Positions 58,579 through 64,000 of a stretch of 64,000 bases of DNA are shown piece by piece. How positions within the stretch are numbered: position 1 is the stretch's first letter; each line of letters starts with the position of its first letter. Source of the stretch: Candidatus Levyibacteriota bacterium (GTDB lineage: Bacteria > Patescibacteriota > Microgenomatia > Levybacterales > UBA12049); the NCBI GenBank assembly GCA_003152105.1, contig PLZJ01000003.1, positions 6,899 through 70,898 of the forward strand, in the 5' to 3' direction. The notes beneath the pieces are model-generated. The model did not search any database. It saw nothing but the letters and a program-made list of their open reading frames with translations, and was not told the origin of the DNA. A program made the translations under genes and the position numbers.

Positions 58579-59463
58579 TTATTTTTCATTAAGCGGTCCA
58601 AGTGGTAACGTATTACTTGGATCATCTATAAAAAAATATAGTACCGGACCTTTATCTGATCCATCAACTCGATCTAAATAATACATTAATTCTGGTGAAC
58701 CACCAAGTTGTTTTCCTGTCCAAGGAGCGGGTCCTGAATCACCGATTACTGACACAACTGCTTTTCCATTTTGCGGATTTACAACAAGCATTTTCCTCCA
58801 TTTAAAAAAAGCATTATATTGTGCGGTATTTTCATTATACCCAGGTGAGAGGAAAGTGGGAACAGCAATATACCATTTTTCTCTATCACTATCAATTTGC
58901 GTCATGTCAGCCTCATCACTTGCAAAATATCCCCAGGCAGAAAGTCCTGGCGCCATGCCACTTGCTCCATACGTATCCATATCTTCTTGACTTGAAAAAT
59001 GCGTAGCAACACTGTCCCCTGGATATCTTGCTAAATGTTGCTCAGCGCCAATATAGCCGTAATTTTGATTGAGTCGAATACCTTGCATCTGAGCTTGAAC
59101 CGACACATTATAATCTCGACTTATTACATGTATTACTTCATTTTCTTGACTTTGCGATAACGGCGAAACTGTTGAAGGAAGTACATGGGAAAGATCAGAG
59201 ATGATAAAGACATTTTTAGCAATTGCGCCAAGTGTTGCGTTTTGTGAAACGTTTGTTTCTTGGGGGTGAGGTGCTGCTGATATTGGTGTCACAAGAAGTA
59301 AAAATGCGCCAATTGTTGACACTGTAGAGTGTTTAATTTTTGACTGTGCATAAGAGAGTGCGTCAAAATGTCTTTCCCAAAGAGATTTTTGAATTGCCCT
59401 ATTCTTATCAACCCATTTATCTTTTAACGAGTCATAACTTGTTGCAAGGTTTTGCGATGACAT
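58579..59463 (-). CDS. Secreted/membrane-anchored hypothetical protein
   Basis: Internal hydrophobic signal-anchor (VSTIGAFLLLVTPISAAP). No motif recognised. Confidence 0.35.
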   Translation of the reverse strand: MSSQNLATSYDSLKDKWVDKNRAIQKSLWERHFDALSYAQSKIKHSTVSTIGAFLLLVTPISAAPHPQETNVSQNATLGAIAKNVFIISDLSHVLPSTVSPLSQSQENEVIHVISRDYNVSVQAQMQGIRLNQNYGYIGAEQHLARYPGDSVATHFSSQEDMDTYGASGMAPGLSAWGYFASDEADMTQIDSDREKWYIAVPTFLSPGYNENTAQYNAFFKWRKMLVVNPQNGKAVVSVIGDSGPAPWTGKQLGGSPELMYYLDRVDGSDKGPVLYFFIDDPSNTLPLGPLNEK

Positions 59464-59793
59464 ACTCTTGTATTATTATAAATTAAATTCATTTCGTCTA
59501 TATGTAATTACAAAAGTGAAAACAAGTAGTTTTATTAGTTTTGTTTTTTTGTTTTTACATTTTTACCTCATCTATATCGAATATATGTTGGTAAAAATTT
59601 TGGTTTTTACTGTAATAATTGGATAAATACCACTTGACGACGTATTTTTTTTCTATTATGCTTGAGGTGTGTTGCTGCCAGTTGTAAAAACATAGCACTA
59701 TGATTTTACTCTCGGATTGTTTTCTACATCTTGCCTACTGCTCCCCGAAATTAAAAACACAACATATGAAATCACGAAAGGAGGTGAAAATAT

Positions 59794-60006
59794 ATGAATA
59801 AAAATACAATGTGGATAGTTGTCGTTATTGCACTTTTAATAGGTGCCTACATAGGATATGCATATGAAAAACCTAAATTAACAGCAAGCATGATGATGAG
59901 CGCAGACTTACAAAACCAATTAAATACAGCAAAAGGTGAAAATGCAAAATTAATGAAGAGTAATGCACAAGTATCAGTAACACCATCAACAGCACCAACT
60001 CAGTAA
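59794..60006 (+). CDS. Small single-TM protein
   Basis: Strong RBS AAAGGAGGTG 8 nt upstream. One TM helix. Confidence 0.4.
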   Translation: MNKNTMWIVVVIALLIGAYIGYAYEKPKLTASMMMSADLQNQLNTAKGENAKLMKSNAQVSVTPSTAPTQ

Positions 60007-60063
60007 AATAGGTTTTTAAACTAGCAGTATCATTGCACATAGGATGTATAATAGGATTGTGGT

Positions 60064-60612
60064 ATGAAAAAGTACATTGTTGTGGTCGTACTTATTGTTG
60101 TTATCATCATTTTCCTTCTTATTGCAAGATTTAGTAGTGTGGCAAAAACCACAACACTCTCACAAGTTCCCGGCCCTTCGGGTTCTGGACAGGTTATTGC
60201 TGGCTCTTTTGACACAAGTAAATTTAAATCAGATTTGCAGTGGAAAAAAATACTCACACCATTTCAGTTTCAAATACTGCGTCAGGCAGGAACAGAAGTA
60301 CCGTTTACAGGCAGTCTTGACTATGAAAAACGAACAGGCACCTATTATAGTATAGGGTGCAATGAAGCAGTATTCTCATCAGCTCAAAAATATGATTCAG
60401 GCACAGGATGGCCAAGTTTCTGGAATCCTATTCAAAGCAATGCCTTAGTACTTCGCACAGATAATAGCATACCCGCAGAACCGAGAGTAGAGGTTTTGGA
60501 TAAATGCGGAAATCACTTAGGGCATGTATTTGACGATGGGCCACCGCCAACGGGAAAAAGATATTGTATTAATTCTTCGGCACTTCGATTTGTTCCTTCA
60601 AATTCACTATAG
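60064..60612 (+). CDS. msrB: Membrane-anchored peptide-methionine (R)-S-oxide reductase MsrB
   Basis: GTGWPSF and RYCINSSALRF MsrB signatures after an N-terminal TM helix. Confidence 0.8.
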   Translation: MKKYIVVVVLIVVIIIFLLIARFSSVAKTTTLSQVPGPSGSGQVIAGSFDTSKFKSDLQWKKILTPFQFQILRQAGTEVPFTGSLDYEKRTGTYYSIGCNEAVFSSAQKYDSGTGWPSFWNPIQSNALVLRTDNSIPAEPRVEVLDKCGNHLGHVFDDGPPPTGKRYCINSSALRFVPSNSL

Positions 60613-60619
60613 CGCCCTA

Positions 60620-61027
60620 TTATTCTTTAATAACTTTGGGAAGTGGCGTAGCTATTGGAATAAAACGCATAGACATTGAATTAACACAATGTCTTGTGTC
60701 TTTATCGGTAAAATGTTCTCCTTCAAATACATGTCCTAAATGAGCATTGCAATTCTGACAGAGGATCTCAGTACGATTACCATCTGCATCTGTAACTCGT
60801 TTTACAGCACCGGGGAAATCATCATCAAATGTAGGCCAGCCGCATCCTGCATCAAATTTACTTTTTGAAGAATAAAGTGGCGCATTACAACTTTTGCAAA
60901 TATACGTTCCTTCTTCATAAAAATTATCATATTCACCGGAAAAAGGAATTTCTGTTCCTTTTCTCATAATAATACGCTCTTCTTCTTTGGTAAGTTTATT
61001 AAACTGCATAGCAAGAGTATATCGCAT
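60620..61027 (-). CDS. msrB: Peptide-methionine (R)-S-oxide reductase MsrB (zinc-binding form)
   Basis: CxxC...CxxC zinc motifs, GCGWPTF, HLGHVF, RHCVNSMSMRF. Confidence 0.85.
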   Translation of the reverse strand: MRYTLAMQFNKLTKEEERIIMRKGTEIPFSGEYDNFYEEGTYICKSCNAPLYSSKSKFDAGCGWPTFDDDFPGAVKRVTDADGNRTEILCQNCNAHLGHVFEGEHFTDKDTRHCVNSMSMRFIPIATPLPKVIKE

Positions 61028-61153
61028 TGAGAAAATTGACGCAAAGAAATTGCTATTTGTTTTTCATTTCTTACGTAGTCCTTACATAATTCATATTCAC
61101 TCCTAACTCATCTGATATATGGTATAGTAGGTACAAGAGAGGGAGGTGAACAA

Positions 61154-61483
61154 ATGAATATGCTAAAACATGAACCAAAAAAGAAAAGCGGCGTAAGTCC
61201 TGCTGCTGCAGTAGTAACAGGAGTAGTAGTCGGTGCTGCTTTTGTAGGAGCACGAGAAGTGCTTAAAAACAAAAAGAATCGGGCAAAACTTAAGCATGCA
61301 TTGCATTCTGCCAAAAACCAGGCACTAGATTATATATCTACGTTACCTGATAAAACCGAACAAGCCAGAGAACAAATGGCAAAAGTGGTAAAAACTGCAT
61401 CAGACACAATGAATGCTAATTCAAAGGCAAAAAAAGTTGCTCCTAAAAGAAAAACAGTGAAAAAAACTGTTGCAGCAAAATAA
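61154..61483 (+). CDS. Small Lys-rich protein with one TM helix
   Basis: ORF with GGGAGGTG RBS. No motif. Confidence 0.35.
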   Translation: MNMLKHEPKKKSGVSPAAAVVTGVVVGAAFVGAREVLKNKKNRAKLKHALHSAKNQALDYISTLPDKTEQAREQMAKVVKTASDTMNANSKAKKVAPKRKTVKKTVAAK

Positions 61484-61539
61484 CCGAACATACAGTTCTT
61501 CACTTGACAGATAAATAGCACGTGTGAGATAGTTGTTGT

Positions 61540-63159
61540 ATGGAAGAGTTGGAAAACTCAGGTGAAGAAATAGATTCAAGAGGTTTTTTAAAACAGCTTT
61601 GGTTTGATATTAAAAAAAGCAAACCGTCACAAAAAATTTCACTTCTTTCACTTCTTTTAGCAGTTGTAGCACTACCAGTTGTAATTGGCGTTACAACAAA
61701 TAGTAGTAATACCGTAACCTATCAGCAACATGCTGCAAGCAATATTTCTCCAACACCTTCATTTGGTCAACTTGGCATAATCTATTCACCTTCCCAGATT
61801 AAAATAACTGTTACTTCTGGTGGATCATCCCAAATTGCCCTCTCACTTATTAAAACATCTCCAAATACAACAACCTATACGCTTTCCATTACTAATCTAA
61901 AAGATGAGACTGGTCGGCAAATTAATGCCTCATCATATTTTGTCTTTCCCTCTTCAGGAACACTCGCAGTTACAAATATTCCACTACTTCTCTCTGCAAA
62001 AAGTACTACACCAGGTGGCACCTATACAGGAGTGGTAATTCTCACAAATCCAGCAAATAACTTATTTGTACAAATTCCTATATCAATAACTGTTACCACA
62101 CCACTTGGTATTTCTTATTCTCCTGCCTCATATACCGCAACTATTATGCCAAATGGTCCTCCTGTAAATGCAATGCAAATACAACTGCAAGCTCCAAATC
62201 CAAATGGAGAGTATTGTTTCTCTGTTTACAATTTTAAAGATCCAAATGGAAAAGCTATTGCAATTCCAGGCTACTTCTTTCCAAATACTGGCGTTTGTGG
62301 AGGAATAAGCACTCAACTTCAACCACTTGATATCTATGCAGAAGATGGTACGCCACTTGGTGTATATAAAGGAACAGGAAGACTTACCAATACTACCTCA
62401 AATACTTCCTCTTCTCCTTATGTTGAATTTCCCGTAACACTAGATGTTGTAGTAAATCCAAATGAACTTGGTATTTCTTATTCGCCAAAAAGTTTTTCTG
62501 CAACAGTTGTTGCAGGGGGAGCACCAGTTAGCGGTATGAATATACGATCGACAGGAGCAAGCGGTTTTCAATTTGAAGCAACAACGCTTAAAAATCCAAG
62601 TGGTGTTGCTATTTTCCCACAAACATATTTTGAAGGATTTGGAGTAACCGGCGGCTTATCAAACACAACAGGCGGTTTATTTGTAAATGCATACATAAAT
62701 ACACCTCCTGGCGTATATACAGGAACTGGAAAACTCATAAATGGAGAAAATAGTGCATATTATGCAACATTCCCTATTTCAGTAACTGTTCTACCACCAG
62801 CAGAGACGCCAACACCAACTACCTCACCACTTGGTATTACTATAACACCTTTACATCCTCAGGTAACTATCGTTTCAGGCGGACAACCAGTAACACTATT
62901 TTCCATGCATTCAACTGGCGCAACGCAATTTGGATTTCATATGCAGTTTCAAACGCCAGTTCCGGGTTTAAATAATTACGGCTCAAATGGAGGACTGATT
63001 AATGGGGAAACAACAACAGATTCAGACTATGCCTATGCAAATACACCTGCTGGAACATATAGCGGAACTGGATCACTTACGTCAAATCTCTCAAGCACAC
63101 CACTTACATTTCCAATAACTATTACAGTTATAACGCCGACTCCTACACCAACTCCATAA
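61540..63159 (+). CDS. Secreted protein with four internal ~110-aa Ig-like repeats and a PT-rich C-terminus
   Basis: Repeating blocks (Q/P)LGI(S/T)YSP...SGG.PV... recur four times by eye. N-terminal TM. Confidence 0.5.
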   Translation: MEELENSGEEIDSRGFLKQLWFDIKKSKPSQKISLLSLLLAVVALPVVIGVTTNSSNTVTYQQHAASNISPTPSFGQLGIIYSPSQIKITVTSGGSSQIALSLIKTSPNTTTYTLSITNLKDETGRQINASSYFVFPSSGTLAVTNIPLLLSAKSTTPGGTYTGVVILTNPANNLFVQIPISITVTTPLGISYSPASYTATIMPNGPPVNAMQIQLQAPNPNGEYCFSVYNFKDPNGKAIAIPGYFFPNTGVCGGISTQLQPLDIYAEDGTPLGVYKGTGRLTNTTSNTSSSPYVEFPVTLDVVVNPNELGISYSPKSFSATVVAGGAPVSGMNIRSTGASGFQFEATTLKNPSGVAIFPQTYFEGFGVTGGLSNTTGGLFVNAYINTPPGVYTGTGKLINGENSAYYATFPISVTVLPPAETPTPTTSPLGITITPLHPQVTIVSGGQPVTLFSMHSTGATQFGFHMQFQTPVPGLNNYGSNGGLINGETTTDSDYAYANTPAGTYSGTGSLTSNLSSTPLTFPITITVITPTPTPTP

Positions 63160-63181
63160 ATAATCTAAGATGTAGCTCTAT

Positions 63182-63811
63182 TTAACTATTTCGAAGTCTT
63201 ATAGAAGAGGGAAGATCTATGAAACGTGTGAATTTTACATCTGTTAATCCAGATTCATTTCTTCCAATTTCATACACTCTTGCTTTTATGGGTTGCAACG
63301 TATTTGGGTCTGAAAGATTAGGATCAAATCCAATTGCAACTCTATCTACTTCTCCAATTTCTACTCCTATTACGGGGTATTTAAAAAGCTGTTGACCGCC
63401 CGTATATGAATACGTACGATCAACTAATCCTCCTTTTTGTCCAAGTGGAAGCTCTTGCCACGAAGCAATTCTGAAAACACCTGACTGTGAACTAGAAAAT
63501 TGTGTTTGTAAACTTGTGCCATCATATTCACCGTTTAAGTAAAAAGAAATGGTGTTTCCTGTAGCTTTTTGGTAAGGCACATCAGTAACTGATCCATCTG
63601 GAGCATAACCAATTACATGTGGCCTATCTGCTTTCAACAATAACTCTTGTTGTCTTGTAAGTGACGGGCTTACTTCTTCTTTATATATATCCTGTGCGGT
63701 AAGTGTACCAATAACTCCAGCTACGATTCCTACACCAACTTTGAGAAAATCTGCTCTATTTATCTTTTTTTGAAATATTCCTTCTCCGAAACCTCCTGGC
63801 GTCTCTTTCAT
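63182..63811 (-). CDS. Membrane-anchored hypothetical protein
   Basis: ORF with N-terminal TM (FLKVGVGIVAGVIGTLTA). Confidence 0.35.
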   Translation of the reverse strand: MKETPGGFGEGIFQKKINRADFLKVGVGIVAGVIGTLTAQDIYKEEVSPSLTRQQELLLKADRPHVIGYAPDGSVTDVPYQKATGNTISFYLNGEYDGTSLQTQFSSSQSGVFRIASWQELPLGQKGGLVDRTYSYTGGQQLFKYPVIGVEIGEVDRVAIGFDPNLSDPNTLQPIKARVYEIGRNESGLTDVKFTRFIDLPSSIRLRNS

Positions 63812-64000
63812 AACTTAGGAAGAATAACAAACGAAGATACGTAAGTCAATAATAGAAACAAAAGTAGTAGAAAAATCTGCTATTTCTTCGCAAGGGTAAA
63901 TATTTTCTCTGCAGTTTCAACAATAACTTGCGTATCTAGTTCTTTAATAACATCATTTAGCTCACTTTCACCTGCTATTCCTTGAAGTTCTGCGCGAATA

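Overview
The window is low-GC bacterial DNA read in standard code; TGA is used as a stop. Gene content suggests a Patescibacteria/CPR-like genome, but that is an inference: the genes are compact, the housekeeping proteins are short (a 651-aa PheT, a 276-aa trigger-factor-like gene), many secreted giant proteins carry Pro-Thr linkers, and there is a complete type IV pilus locus.

Layout:
- 1-19.4 kb: secreted carbohydrate-active enzymes (a GH26-like mannanase with CBM-like modules, a 1388-aa multidomain protein, a GH5-like enzyme and a paralog). Among them sit an AbrB/Doc toxin-antitoxin pair and an accessory stretch threaded by five tRNA genes (Val-TAC, Leu-GAG, Leu-CAG, Leu-TAG, Val-GAC).
- 19.4-22.3 kb: a VWA adhesin-like protein and a GC-rich secreted unknown protein.
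- 22.7-36.8 kb: a conserved core block (thrS-infC-rpmI-rplT-pheS-pheT, PBP1A, tyrS, recG, rpmF, nusB, rnc, rpsP-KH-trmD).
- 36.9-48.4 kb: a complete type IV pilus locus on the minus strand (pilB, pilT, pilC, pilA, pilD, four or five minor prepilins, pilM/N/O-like).
- 48.4-64 kb: holB-like, an NMNAT-like gene, gyrB, ppa, gyrA, folD, a block of unknowns including a PurD-like ATP-grasp gene, two msrB genes and repeat-rich secreted proteins.

The most unusual finding is a textbook type III hammerhead ribozyme (GUC cleavage triplet / stem I hairpin / CUGAUGA / GUCC-loop-GGAC / GAAAC) at 9514-9567. It lies directly downstream of a ~1.2 kb GC-rich two-gene cassette of unknown function that is driven by a consensus promoter and sits inside the tRNA-bounded accessory stretch.

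I found no rRNA, CRISPR array or integrase/transposase.
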